From: Tubiluchus corallicola
Taxonomy: Eukaryota; Animalia; Priapulida
NCBI GenBank assembly: GCA_030141605.1
Contig: JAQGDQ010000485.1
Location: 104,412-168,411, forward strand
DNA length: 64,000 nucleotides
Direction of reading: 5' to 3'
This document shows positions 37,045 through 50,357 of this stretch, piece after piece (the first letter of the stretch is position 1; every line of letters starts with the position of its first letter). Made by a program: the position numbers and the translations under genes. The notes under the pieces were generated by a model. That model searched no databases and was not told where the DNA came from. It worked only from the letters and a program-made list of their open reading frames with translations.

Positions 37045-37584
37045 GTATTTAAAAGTTTATGAATATTTTCATATTGTTGGATACTTTTTATAAAGCTTTT
37101 TGTACTGAAACAAACTCCGGCTCGGGTTTAAATTGTGAAGAATGGTTGTGGCAATTGCGATTTTAATTTTCATTAACTAACTGTAGGACGTCTCATATCA
37201 TGTCTGGGAAGATTTCTCGAAGATTGTCTAGTTTTTTTTCAGGTCAAAGTCAAGGACGATTATTTTAGCTTACTTTGGCTTCGTCTAAGAATGTGAGGTA
37301 ACAGAGAGGTTACATGAGAGGCTGTAGGTATACGTCTGATAGGATTTCTTTAAAAAAGCCAAGTCCAGACGACTTGATCTCATTAATTTGCTGCCCTAGA
37401 AATTGTATTAGGCTGTAACAGTAAACGTATTTACCTTCAGAACAGGTACTATGTTCATAATTTGTTAAATGCAGTAAACTGGTAATAAAAATATGTTTCT
37501 TACTTTCAATATATTTTCCAGCAAATTACGGCTTTCGGTTTAACTGAGACTTTTTATTGTACATGAATTACCTTTATTCTGTAT

Positions 37585-37930
<346 letters not shown>

Positions 37931-39145
37931 TGTCTTCCCCCTCCATCCGTACTGGAAATCATAAATACGTTGAAATCGCGAAGAACAAAAAATTTTGTAA
38001 ATCAACGATTTTATTTTTGGGAAAGCAAAAACGTAAAAAAGGAAAATAACGGCAAATCAGGAGGTCTGTTTTCGATAGTAGTTAATTGGTCGATGTAATA
38101 ACGCATAGTAGATTTAAATTTCATTGATTTGTGCATAACTGAGACGGCTGTTTTGCATGCGTGATGTAAACTTATCGATTTCGTCGACTATCTCAACCAG
38201 TTGCTTCAGTTATTTGGAATCCAGAACCTCCAAATACACCAAAAAAGCAACAATTGATAAGAATTACAATATAAATGAATTCAAGATGTACATTGTAAAG
38301 GAAAAAGCTTGCTAATTTCTTAAACCTAAGTAAAATAATAAAAACCATAGAAAATTTTATGTTATATTTATTGTCTCAAAAAATGGTAAGAGTATAAATT
38401 GTTAAAAATCATTTATTCTAATCAGCTATCCACTTTCCTAGGGGAACGCTGACTAAAGTGAATGGCCTTTGTTATCTACTATCTGAGTTTTTAAAAACAT
38501 GAAAATTTCGTGCATAGTTTCCCAAATACCATGCTCATTGCTCACTAAAAGCAAAAGTTTCTCATGGAAGCAGCAAACAAAGCTTTGCCGCTGAATTCCC
38601 ACGCTAAGAAACTTTAGGGCTGCCATTGGACGCACTTCCCCGCCTCGATTGTCGATTGGCTGGAGAGCAGCCTGTGAAATTAACATAGTGTGTAGGATTG
38701 TACTGCACCGTGGAGGTGACCCATGCGCAAAATCCAGACATTATCTTCCTCCGCGAATATAGTTCAATGACGTACGAAGGTTTTTCTACGAATTTGTATT
38801 AAGTATTCCTCGCAATGCTCGTCTTATTCTTCTTCGTCACGTAGGATGTTCTTCTAAGGCAGTTTCGCGTTGAAATTTTGTAAACGTGTTGGATTTTCGT
38901 GCGAGCAAGAGTATTTTGGCCGCTAGCCAAGTAGGTGCTGTCTAGACGCGCGCATTGATACGCGTGAATTCACCACGCCGTCCTCCACGCAGAGTGAAGG
39001 CGTTTGTGCACAGTCAGTTGTAACACTGCAGCTCACAAAGTGAGGGAGTATTTCGCGCGGGAGCCTGTTTCAGTTACTTTCCTCCCGTGCTGTGCAGAAA
39101 ACACATAATCAAATGTTTCGTTACCTATGTAACTACTGAGTGATA

Positions 39146-39230
39146 ATGCTAGGAAAGAGGATTAACAACCTAGAGATGTTTTCGAGTGGTAATACCAGTA
39201 TGAATTTCGCCGTGGATAAGGAGAAGCAAG
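39146..39230 (+). CDS. Pim: Pim exon 1 ([10 protein letters not shown]...EKQ/G)
   Basis: ATG preceded by an in-frame stop; donor CAAG|GTAAGG; phase 1 matches exon 2. Confidence 0.82.
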
Positions 39231-42200
39231 GTAAGGGTCATTGTCGTTTAATATGGTTGACTGAACTTCGTTTGTTTAAATTTTTGATTGTGTAGTTACG
39301 TGACTGTATTCTGAGCTTTTTAAAATATTGAATGTGATCTTGATATTGCTTATAAAGTTTTGTAATTAATACATTTTCTTGCAGGAAAAGCTGAAAAGCC
39401 AAAAGATAGCTTCGAGACGACATACCAAGTTGGACCTTTGCTGGGCAGTGGAGGCTTTGGCACGGTCTACAGCGGTTTTAGAATCAGGGACCATTTACCA
39501 GTGGCAATCAAACACATACCTCGGGAGAAAGTAACTGACTGGGGGCAGGTAAATATTAATTGATATTTTCAAATTGTGAATTTGAAGATAGTTTTCATTA
39601 ATTTATTTTTAGATTTGCTATCAAGTGCTGTATTAGACATGTTTCTTTCTGCTTTGTGTTAATTTCTTTTATTGTATTTCAGCTTAATGGATGTACAGTA
39701 CCTCTAGAAGTGTGCCTACTGCGTCGGTCCTCAAACATTCCGGGCGTAATCAAATTAATAGACTGGTTCGAGAAACCCACATCGTTCATAGTAATTATGG
39801 AACGACCCGAGAACGTTCAGGACATGTTCGATTTTATCACGGAACGGGGACCACTGGACGAAACGTTGTGCCGTTTCTTTTTCAAACAAGTGGTGGAAAC
39901 CATCATGCATTGTCAGCTAGTTGGTGTCCTACATGGTGATATCAAAGACGAGAATCTACTTGTGGATAAGAAAAGCGGACGGACCACGTTGATAGACTTT
40001 GGTTCAGGAGCCTGGCTCAAGGACGGGTATTACACTTCGTTTGATGGTAAGTCATTTGTTTTGCTTTGCACTTATGCCTGACTCTCACCTTCAAATTTTC
40101 TTGTAAAATTTTGTAAACAAGTTGGATATTTTTAATTCGAGTTTTACAGTACGTATAATTTTTTTTGACAAGTAATACATATGTAAATTGGTAAACTAAA
40201 TGAATGTGTTAGCCAATTTTAAACTTTTAAGAAAGTTATGACTTGTACAAGAAAAATTTGAACGTTTGAGTCACTTGCAGAAGTTTGATATATTTGTGAT
40301 AGTAATACTTAATTAAATATAATTTAGGCTAATAAAATTATTATAGTAACAATTTCATAATTCTCAGAGATATTCAGTTAATATAATTAATTCTGGGAAT
40401 GACCTTAATTCAGTGTTTTTAAGTCATACTGGTGTTCATTTCTCAAACATTAATATTTGTGATCATTAAACTTAAGTTCTTCACTGAAGTTGCATTTTAA
40501 TTAAATTCTAGTTTCAAATGTTTGAAATTATTGACCTCTTGAATTCGGTCATTCACAAATTCTTCGGATGTAGCTATACTTTTGATTCTCGGAATAACCC
40601 CCCATAAACCCTGGTGAACTTTATGCCAACGGTGTTATAAAATTTTATACCCTTTATTGCGCATTGTGTAGTAATAATTAATTCTGGGAAAATACGTGCC
40701 GTGCATACGAGACGAGACCCTGGACTGGTTCCCGTGTGCGCTATGCAGTCTAGCAGTCACAGCTTGCGCAATTGTTGAAATATTTTGAGGTTAAACTAAT
40801 ATTTGTGGGGTGTAGTGTTAACACGACGCCTCCTTCCTGAGATAGCAAAATGTTCTGGATGCATTTATTGGTGTTCCTGTGGATTCCCAGGCACGGCTAT
40901 GGCACTGTCTGGCGCAGTGAGAAGTGTTTTAAAATTTTTAAAATCATATACAAAAAATATTTTATTTATCATATTAATTTATTCTGATTCTTAATTATTA
41001 CGGTTTTTTAGCGTCCGCGTTTTGTTACTTAAAACTTAATGCATTTTTTCCAGTTGTGTTTTTCTCTTATCTTGAATGCTTTTCGATATCGCTGGCTTAG
41101 TACAAATACATTCATATTTCATGACGTAGACATATGGACATAGAGCATTTATTTTCTCCAATATAGTTTTATATCAAAAGTTTCTTAAATATTAAGTAAT
41201 TATAATCATGGAGCAGGGCAGGGAAGGACCATAGGGTCATCTAGTCTCCTGCCCTTTCTTAGAAATAGATCGGTATATTAAAAATTAACGGTGATGCTGC
41301 AGATAACTAAAATAAATAAGAAAAAATAGTACAAATTGTCAAAAAAGCTCAAAACAAGAAATAATGAAGTTAAATACATAAATCTAAACAAAACAATGCA
41401 TTTATTTCAGTAATTAGGATTATTATTATGCAGTAGTAGTAGTATTAAAGTAGTAGTTTCAAACGGGGTCTTATTAACAGGGCAATTTTATTAAGGTTTG
41501 TGTGCAAAGTTTAAAACTTTCATGAGTGAATGTTTCTTCTAAATACCAAGCAATGTAATTTGGAGTTAAAATCTGTGTGTGCCAGTAATTCATTCTTTTG
41601 ATGAATTGGGCGCAATCATCAATTGTTTGCACACTTGCTTGTCAGGAGTACAAGTAGTACTTAATCACGCGTGCGTGCTTTAAAATTTGCGAAAGAAAGT
41701 AATTATTGTACACCTATACTGTCTGCGCCTTGCTACGTATAGATATCCCATTATTCGTTGCTTCTCTTTTCTCTTCCACACCGTTCCGTTAATATTTCCG
41801 TTTCCTGCTCTCTCTCTCTCTCTCTCTCTCTCTCTAGTGACACACAAAGGCGTTTGCGCGGTTCATAAAGAACTCGTGAAATTCAGTCTAGACTTCACAA
41901 TACTTGCTAGCTATTTGCGAAACTCCAGACACCATTGTGTGCAATTCTATGGGACAGTCGGTTGACGCACGAAACAGCAGTGCTAAAGCAACAGGGGGTT
42001 GTCTTCCCTCCTAGCCACGCTGCCTCTTTTTGTGATTTTAGCTACTTTTCCTTGACCTAGTTATAGAGCTTGGGGAAGAAAAAGTTGTGGAGGTTGTGCT
42101 GACTAATCAAATGTGTGGGCGGCGAAGGTCGATTATATATTTGCAAAATAAACGCCATATTTAACAATTATGGCTCCAATACTGAAAGCTCATCATTCGG

Positions 42201-45200
42201 TTGCGTTCAAAATTTTCTAATTGCTATTGTTTACCTAAAATAATTAACCATTCAAGTAATAATAAACTTCAAAACTTGCGTAAACTTATTCTCAAATTGG
42301 TGTTTCTGTTATGTAGTAATTTTTGGATGCTACTGATGCAAAAACATTGTAACAAAATCACAGATTCCATTAATAATCGATTAGCTGATCATTAGATAGA
42401 CTGATTAAATCACGTTTGTGCGTTTTACCAATTTCTGTTACAAAGGCATATGACATATAAGTTTACTGTCTCTCTTTATGTATGCCACATAAGTGAATTT
42501 ACTGATTTTGTACTGAACACATTAAAATTCACTTTAAATACTTCTCTCCTAAGTGAATTTACTGATTTTGTACTGAACACATTAAAATTCACGTTAAATA
42601 CTTCTCTCCTAAGTGAATTTACTGATTTTGTACTGAACGCATTAAAATTCGCTTTAAATACTTCTCTCCTAAGTGGTATTTTGGGTGTTTGTGCAAAAAT
42701 TTGACGATACTACACTATACTGTCACAGATTAATACTCGAGTTCGGCGAGACGAGCCCAAAGCTTGGGAAATATGCTTGTAATGCTGTCACACAATAGAC
42801 TTGTAGTGGGGCGTAAGCCATTTTTAACCAATTTAGCCGAGTTCCACGACCAGCACCTGAGGTCCTTGAATTTGGCGTGGCAAGTCGCAAATTTCGACGG
42901 TGCGCCCAAGCGGAAAATCAGCCCGTGATTCGTGCGCAAGATATGTGAGGAATGTTGTACCCAGCACGCTTGTAGGTGCGCAAACCTGAATAAAACGCTG
43001 AAATTCAGTGAGACTGCTGCTAATTCCGCTGATTCGACAATTTTTATATCTATGGAGATATTTCTTGCAATGTTACCGCACTATTTTTTGAAGATGAACT
43101 TTTAAATGCATAATTGGTATTCTTAATTTATATTTAGTTAGCATAGAAAACAGTAAGCTTACCAACATGTGGGGAATTTGCGCCCCCTTCTCATAGGGTT
43201 GCCCTTCGGCACTCTCCCCACCGCCACACAGTTGTGCAAGATTAGAATTCCATCACCCGCCCTCTTCATATCATATTACTCCGCGAGGATGAGTTTATTT
43301 TTAGTGTGTTGCTGCTGCTGGCTGCATGTTGCGGTAGCTGCAATGCGCCGACTGCTAAACTATAGGCTGGCCTTATTGGGAGTGGACTTATTGGCTTCCT
43401 TCAGCATAAGATGGCCTGTCATGTTATTTGGCTTCAACTGGAACATTTTATCTTTCACTGTAGCATTGTGCGATTTCTTAGCACGGAATTTGACGGCAAA
43501 ATAAAATTTGTTGACGTGAATCTTGATTGGGGTTCGTCTTATTTCATTTTGTTTATTTTAGCTGTCGCCGGGGGTCGCTTTGCAGAAATAATTTATTATT
43601 GTTGTGATTTTGTCGGTTCTTCAACCGTCTTCTGGGTTAATTATAACGAATTGAAACCCGTCTGCTCGCCCCCACGTGGCCAAAAATATACCTATTCGTC
43701 TAGCGCTTTTGATAAAAATGAATGAGAATATGACACCATATCTCACTTAAAGTAAAAGACCCTATTTTTTGTTTTGCTTACTCGTTTTGTCTGTGTTCGT
43801 AGTGTATCAAGTGTGAAACCTGCTCGCCGAAAAACTTAGTTCTGGGAATGATGCTCTAAGCATTGGGCTAATTTCAAGATATCTCTTCACTGCTCTTCGA
43901 TTTTCACCGTTGGCAACTTGCCAAGACCATTGCAATGACGTCACAAGTGGAATTGATCTCTAACTGCTTAGTCCTACTTTCCCCTGCACATTATTATATC
44001 GCATCACCATTACTAGGCAATATAGACTTAGCTTGTGTTTGGGTTCGCTCGCTGGCATGGTTCCAAGTATACCAGTAATCAATATATTTCCTAATTAACT
44101 GTTCTGCCATGGATATATGAGTGTGTTGGCATAACCTAGTTCGATTGCATACCGAGGCTCTGGTGTAGTATAGATCGTTAGTTTCCAGTGCATCGAAATA
44201 TTTTGGTTTGTTTATTTTGACGACGGTATTGCAGATCGGGCAAGGTGATGATGCAATGAGCAGCAATTCTTAAAAGACTCTAGCGTTACTTAGCATTCTC
44301 CCCGTTAATGTTTTTTACGTTATTAAAACTTTGGCTAACGAAAGCTAATTTTCCAACAGCTGCTGTCAATTTTATTTTTAAACGAAGCCCTGTCATGAAT
44401 CTGAGCATGAGAAACCTATTGATGGTAAGCTTTGTGAAAGCGGCTTTTGTCATGCTTTCACAGAGATGGGCTTCACGAAGATTTCACTTGGAAATTCTGG
44501 CAGAAAAAATGGAATTTCGTTTGGAAACGGATTGTCGCTGTTACGCAAAAAATTAAGCTTCAAAAATTCTTTAAGAAAATTTTTTAAGCAGTAAATCAGA
44601 TTTATCTTCCGACATTCACGTTTTTGCGAAGTTAGCGTACAATGTTTAAATCACCTAGGGACAAAAGAACATTAATATTAATATGGAAGATCATTTGATT
44701 GATTGGTTAAGTCTGGTACGGGGGGGGACACGGTGATCCAAAAATTCTTTTTTAAAAAATGTTACTTGGCTAGTAAATCAGATTTATCGTCCGACATTCA
44801 CGTTTTTGTTGAGTTAACGTACAATGTTTAAATCACCTAGGGACAAAAGAACATTAATATTAATATGGAAGATCATTTGATTGATTAGTTACGTCTGGCA
44901 CGGGGAACACGGTGACCTCGTTTTCGTGCCAGTGATAGACTCGTATCGATTGTACAGTTCCCGCTCTCCCAGGGTTGCTTAGATACTGATCTGCACGGCA
45001 GCTTCCTCATCTTCTGGCATGCCAGGAGGCAGAGAAGCTAATAAATTGACGTGGCTGACCAGTCAGCATGATACCGGAAACTGAGACCTTAATTGAGCCA
45101 TCAAGTATGCAACTGAGTAACTAGGCATGATTTGATGTGTGCCTAGATAGAGAGAGCAAACAGCTTTTGCACAACATTGCCTAGCACACACACTGACAGA

Positions 45201-46529
45201 TAGGATTATCTGTTCACTTAATATAAAAACTAATTAATGCATAATAGTGTGCCTTCGAAGCGATGTAAATGTATTTTAGTACGTAACTAATCTTAATAAG
45301 CCTTTTCACAGTTTCGTAGTGCGCATGCGCATTTGCTGCAGGTCAAAGGTTAAGTGTACTACAGCAACGCGTTTTCGTGCAACCGTCATGTGACATGTGG
45401 GTAAAGCAAAACCGTTTGTCGCATCAGTTTTGTCACTTCAGTTCTAGCTAGCTGTTAAAAATGTTAATATGGCAGCAGCATGCTTTGTCTAGTGCACTTA
45501 ACCTTTGACCCTTCACGATCATCAGCAATCGCTGGAACTGTGAAAAGGCTTGTAAAAATGCAACATCAATGTTAAAAACTATCATTGCCTTTGGTCGTGG
45601 TTGTCATTGTCTTTTTTTATTTCAGGTACTAGGGTGTACTCACCACCTGAGTGGATCAAGCATAGCCGCTACCAAGCACGCAGTGCCACCGTGTGGTCGC
45701 TCGGCGTACTACTGTTTGATATGGTGTGCGGCGACATTCCATTTGAAGAAGATGCCAAGATAGTCAAGGGTGATCTAGTCTACAGAGGCCATCCATCACC
45801 AGGTAGGACATTGTTTTTGTCATTGTTTGATTTTGGTTGTCATTGTTCAAAATTAGTTTCCCATTGTCTAAAGTCTGACTACCCTTGTCAAATGAGATGT
45901 TCTCTATTATTTAAAATGCATATATATTTGCTCAAAATCAGCCCATAAGGATCTAAAATGGCTCTTTTTTGGATTATTTTTGCCAATTCCAGCACTCTGC
46001 GGTGGATTTTGGACATTCCATGTTCCGGGTTGTTGGCAAACATGCTGGTGTAAGCGATATTTCCGCAAGGCTGCCATTTAATTTGGAAATCCAGGCTTTT
46101 ACAAATAACAGTCCGCCTTAGCAGCCAGGTCAAGTTTCGAAAAACTACTTGAAGTTGTTGTTCAAACGAATGTGCTGATGGTGCAACTTGAGAACTTTAA
46201 CTCATTGCATTTCAAAAGCAGAACAACTTTGCAAATAAAAGCTGCAGTTGTTGATCTTTTTTCAGCCGTAATTTTGTTAAAATTAATTTCGGTCTCGAGC
46301 ACTGAATGTTTTTGTCTAAAATCATGCGTTTTTTTTTACGTTTGCAGAAGTCAAAGATCTGGTTGGCAAATGTCTGAGCCTATCTCCTCAAGAACGACCA
46401 ACTCTTGAGGATATCCTTGTACATCCGTGGATGAAAGGGAAGACGAGTGAGCCTTCGAGTTCCCTGCGACGGACCTGCACTCACCGCTCTCTGGACCAGT
46501 CCTCCACGAGCAGTTCGGAGAGTTTATGA
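39146..46529 (+). CDS. Pim: Pim family serine/threonine kinase, 5 coding exons, 323 aa: join(39146..39230,39385..39548,39683..40046,45626..45802,46348..46529)
   Basis: Phases are consistent across GT-AG introns. Motifs [28 protein letters not shown] hinge with the Pim proline, [50 protein letters not shown]; the C-terminal SSSESL resembles vertebrate PIM3. Confidence 0.95.
39385..39548 (+). CDS. Pim: Pim exon 2 (Gly-rich loop, VAIK)
   Basis: ttttcttgcAG acceptor; CAG|GTAAAT donor. Confidence 0.95.
39683..40046 (+). CDS. Pim: Pim exon 3 (hinge, catalytic loop, DFG)
   Basis: tgtatttcAG acceptor; GATG|GTAAGT donor. Confidence 0.96.
42490..42675. repeat. 60-bp tandem repeat x3 in Pim intron 3
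   Basis: aagtgaatttactgattttgtactgaac.cattaaaattc.c.ttaaatacttctctcct at 42491, 42551 and 42611. Confidence 0.95.
44560..44915. repeat. ~180-bp tandem duplication in Pim intron 3
   Basis: agtaaatcagatttatc...cacctagggacaaaag...cacggtga occurs twice. Confidence 0.9.
45626..45802 (+). CDS. Pim: Pim exon 4 ([10 protein letters not shown])
   Basis: tttatttcAG acceptor; CCAG|GTAGGA donor; 177 nt. Confidence 0.96.
46348..46529 (+). CDS. Pim: Pim exon 5 (to stop)
   Basis: tttgcAG acceptor; [29 protein letters not shown]...SSSESL*. Confidence 0.94.
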
Positions 46530-47821
46530 CGAAGTTGCAGCTCTCGTAGCACCTTCATCGTGATAATAGTACAACTGTGTCACTCGTGTCCAAGAGTCGT
46601 AGCCAAACTGCGGACAGCGTCTTGTCCGTCAACATATCATCGACGCTGCGGACACTTGAAAGCTAGGAATTGCAGCACAGGGTAGCAACCTTTGTTCTGT
46701 CTGGTGTCTGGATTGTGTGTGCGTGTGTATGCATCACATTGACAAGGTTATCGCCTACTGTTTTGTGTGCGAACTCACTATCATTGACAACAGACATGCT
46801 GTGTGCAACATGAACAATGCAATGTGTACAAAGACGTTTCTGATCCATGCATATACCGCTATGCAGACTATGATCGTCAAGTCCCGATGCACCAATCACA
46901 TGGTGCTTGAACCAAATATACTTTATTTAATAGGAAATCTTCAATATGTAAATATTGTACATGTTATTTATTTCCTTTTTTGTGTTGAAGTTGTGATTGT
47001 TGTGTGCAAGGGCTGCTAATAATGTTTCATTCCAACTGTAAGGACTGTCTCAGCTGGGCGCAGCAATTATTATTACGTATTATTTCAGTAACAGCAAAAT
47101 TGTTCAGCACCAGACTACCACTGACAGCTCGCGTAGTAACCGTTTGTTGTTACGTTTTATTTTAGTCCCGAAGTTTACGAAATTGTTGATTAGTCAATTG
47201 AAATTTTGAAGTTCGTTTGATCCTTACGGATATTTGTCAGTTGGATGTCGTGATGTTTGTTTGTTTGTTTGTTGTTGTTGTTGATTTAATACGGTACGTA
47301 TGTATAATGTTGGTTTGAATTTGCTCTGGTTAAACAGTAAGTAGCTTAGTGTACCATTGTACTGCCATTGTATATGTAATGTAGCTATAATGCAAGTGAA
47401 TTTCTCTGGTGTTGCGCAGTTCTGCGGCTATAACGATTGTTAAGCTCAACTTAGAAATGCTTATAGATAGCGTACTTTTGTTCTGAGGTTTACCGAAATT
47501 CAACTGCGCACTTGTGGCATGTAAAATTAAGCATTTTTACCTGCATTCGAAGTTATGTTTTTTACCACAGCTTAGATTTTTTTTGGAAGTTTTTGTGTTT
47601 CTCGTGAAACTGTTACGTATTATTTCCGTAGCAGCAAAAATGTTTAGCTCTAAGCTGCCACTGTTACCTCTCACTGTAGTCAGTCGCTGCTATTTATAAT
47701 TTTATGAAATTGTTGAATGGTTTAGTTGCTTTAGTAATCACTTATTGACTAAGATCATTTCACCATATGGTCTAGTAGTTTAGTATTTTTCCATGCACAA
47801 AGAGTGTTTTTTATTCTACTG

Positions 47822-48088
47822 CACTGTAGCGCCTACTTTGCTTTGCTGTTGACATGCTTCCTCCTGATTGGACGTCGTTAAAATTCCTGCATTCTCATTG
47901 GACGAGGCCTCACTGTAGCGCCTACTTTGCTTTGCTGTTGACATGCTTCCTCCTGATTGGACGTCGTTAAATTTCCTGCATTCTCATTGGACGAGGCCTC
48001 ACTGTAGCGCCTACTTTGCTTTGCTGTTGACATGCTTCCTCCTGATTGGACGTCGTTAAATTTCCTGCATTCTCATTGGACGAGGCCT
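47822..48088. repeat. 89-bp tandem repeat x3 in the probable Pim 3' UTR
   Basis: Near-identical units at 47822, 47911 and 48000. Confidence 0.95.
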
Positions 48089-48757
48089 ACTGAATTTTAG
48101 GCCTGTACGAGTTGTTTTATTCGACGCGTTTAGCTAATTAAGCGATGATATTAGGCAATTGGATAATGTGGTGTCATTTAGCATTGATAGAATTGTTCTG
48201 CAAGCTCCCCTTCCGTTGAGCATTGTATGTATTGTCATTGTGTATGCTGTCTGCCAGTACTTTTTACTACTACTGTGTGTGCTATTACTATTAGTATTGC
48301 TTCCATTGTTCTTTTGCATAGGTTGTCACATTATTATACATGTATGTTATCATAGTTAACCTTAGTAGTTAATTCTTGGTAGTCATTTGATCGATCGATT
48401 ACAAAGCAAAGCATTATTTAAGTATTAACATTTCTTCTTGAAAAGGAATTTGATTCTGTGTATGCCTCCAGGCATAACTATTTGCGCATGATCACTAATC
48501 AATCGGTAATTGTGCAGTCGTGGTAATGCACGACGATGCACTTACTTGAAAGGTTAATACTAATGCTTTGTAAACTTATTATCTACACCGATTTGTCAGT
48601 GATCAGTAATCGATCGATTTACCTGACCGTTAGTGTGGTGGAATCGTAGAATTAGTTTGCATCTTCTTTTTTTCTGGAGTTAGGATTGCTAACCCAAAAT
48701 CGTGGACTAAGACCCTGTTTTTTGTATATAAAGGTCTAAGATGGCTTGTATTTTTTT

Positions 48758-48789
48758 AATAAAATGTAAAAATGTGTGTGAACAATAAA
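48758..48789 (+). terminator. Candidate Pim polyadenylation signals (two AATAAA)
   Basis: AATAAA at 48758 and 48784 followed by T/GT-rich sequence; implies a ~2.3-kb 3' UTR. Confidence 0.4.
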
Positions 48790-48961
48790 TTTGTATTCGT
48801 GAATTTAATGGTTTTGTTATTATAGCTCCTTGCAGATTTGTTTAGCAACGTCTAGTAGAAGATTATTGCAGTAAACCAAATATCAGTTCACGTGACATAG
48901 AATTGTTATGCATGTAGTTATGAATTTGCAAAACGACAAAAACAACAAAAAATATTGAGTT

Positions 48962-49535
48962 CAAATCCACTAGGCAAAAAAATCAATAAGAACCAGGTTC
49001 AGTTAATCAAAAAATAGCACTAAAGAAGTTGGTCAAAATCCACTAGGCAAAAATCAATAAGAACCAGGTTCAGCTGATCAAAATATAGTACTAAAGAAGT
49101 TGGTCAAAATCCACTACACAAAAAATCAATAAGAACCAGCTTCAGCTGATCAAAAAATAGTACTAAAGAAGTTGGTCCAAATCCACTACACAACAAATCA
49201 ATAAGAACCAGGTTCAGCTGATCAAAAAATAGTACTAAAGAAGTTGGTCAAAATCCACTACACAAAAAATCAATACGAACCAGGTTCAGCTGATCAAAAA
49301 ATAGTACTAAAGAAGTTGGTCCAAATCCACTAGTCAGAAAATCAATAAGAACCAGCTTCAGCTGATCAAAATATAGTACTAAAGAAGTTGGCCAAAATCC
49401 ACTACACAAAAAATCAATAAGAACCAGGTTCAGCTGATCAAAAAATAGTACTAAAGAAGTTGGTCCAAATCCACTAGTCAGAAAATCAATAAAAGCCAGT
49501 TTCAGTTGATCAAAAAATTAGTGCTAAAGAAGTTA
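48962..49535. repeat. ~72-bp minisatellite x8
   Basis: Unit aaatccacta..caaaaaatcaataagaaccaggttcagctgatcaaaaaatagtactaaagaagttggtc. Confidence 0.95.
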
Positions 49536-50130
49536 ACCAGTTTAAAACAAAAAAAAACTCAAATGTGGCACTAAGTACTCTTTATGATTTCGAACTACGG
49601 GAGCCTCCTTGACAGAAGCGGTCATACCATGTTAAAGCCTACAATGATTTTTAACTAGTATAGGTCTTACTGTGGCCTGGCAGTGACTAGTATAGGTCTT
49701 ACTGTGGCCTGGCAGTGACTAATGAAGAACGTCTACAGCTGTAGTGTGCCATTAGTTGTCTTTCATTGATGTTTTCATTATTTTCACACAGAAAGTTACT
49801 CTATTACATCGCAAGGGAAAGATTTTTGTGAATGGTGCTCTATGATCTGTACATCATCAGCCGGTAGATTGCTTCCGGTTTAGCTTCCGGTTTCCGTCGG
49901 GGGTGATAATTCTGCTGTATCACGCGTGAAGTAAACACGTATCAGAATTACATACGTATATAATCTACACAAATGGCATACTTGCATACGTGAGCTGGTG
50001 CATCACTAATGTATATGAAAAAAATTAAATGGTTAGTTGCGTGTTGTGTTTGAACGCTCACCCATAAGCGTTAGCAGGTCTGACCGGCACGTAGTTAGAT
50101 TTCTAGGCAAGAACTCAAATTTTATAGCAG

Positions 50131-50275
50131 CAGGGCCTATTTCAGAGGGGGGAAGTGGGGATACTTCCCCGGGGGACTCGCACCAAGGTAACTTTTTTTA
50201 GCTTTATGCGAACATACTGCGATATGCGATACTCCTCTCTCCCTCCCCCTCTCTCCCTCTCCCCCCTCTCTCTCT

Positions 50276-50357
<82 letters not shown>

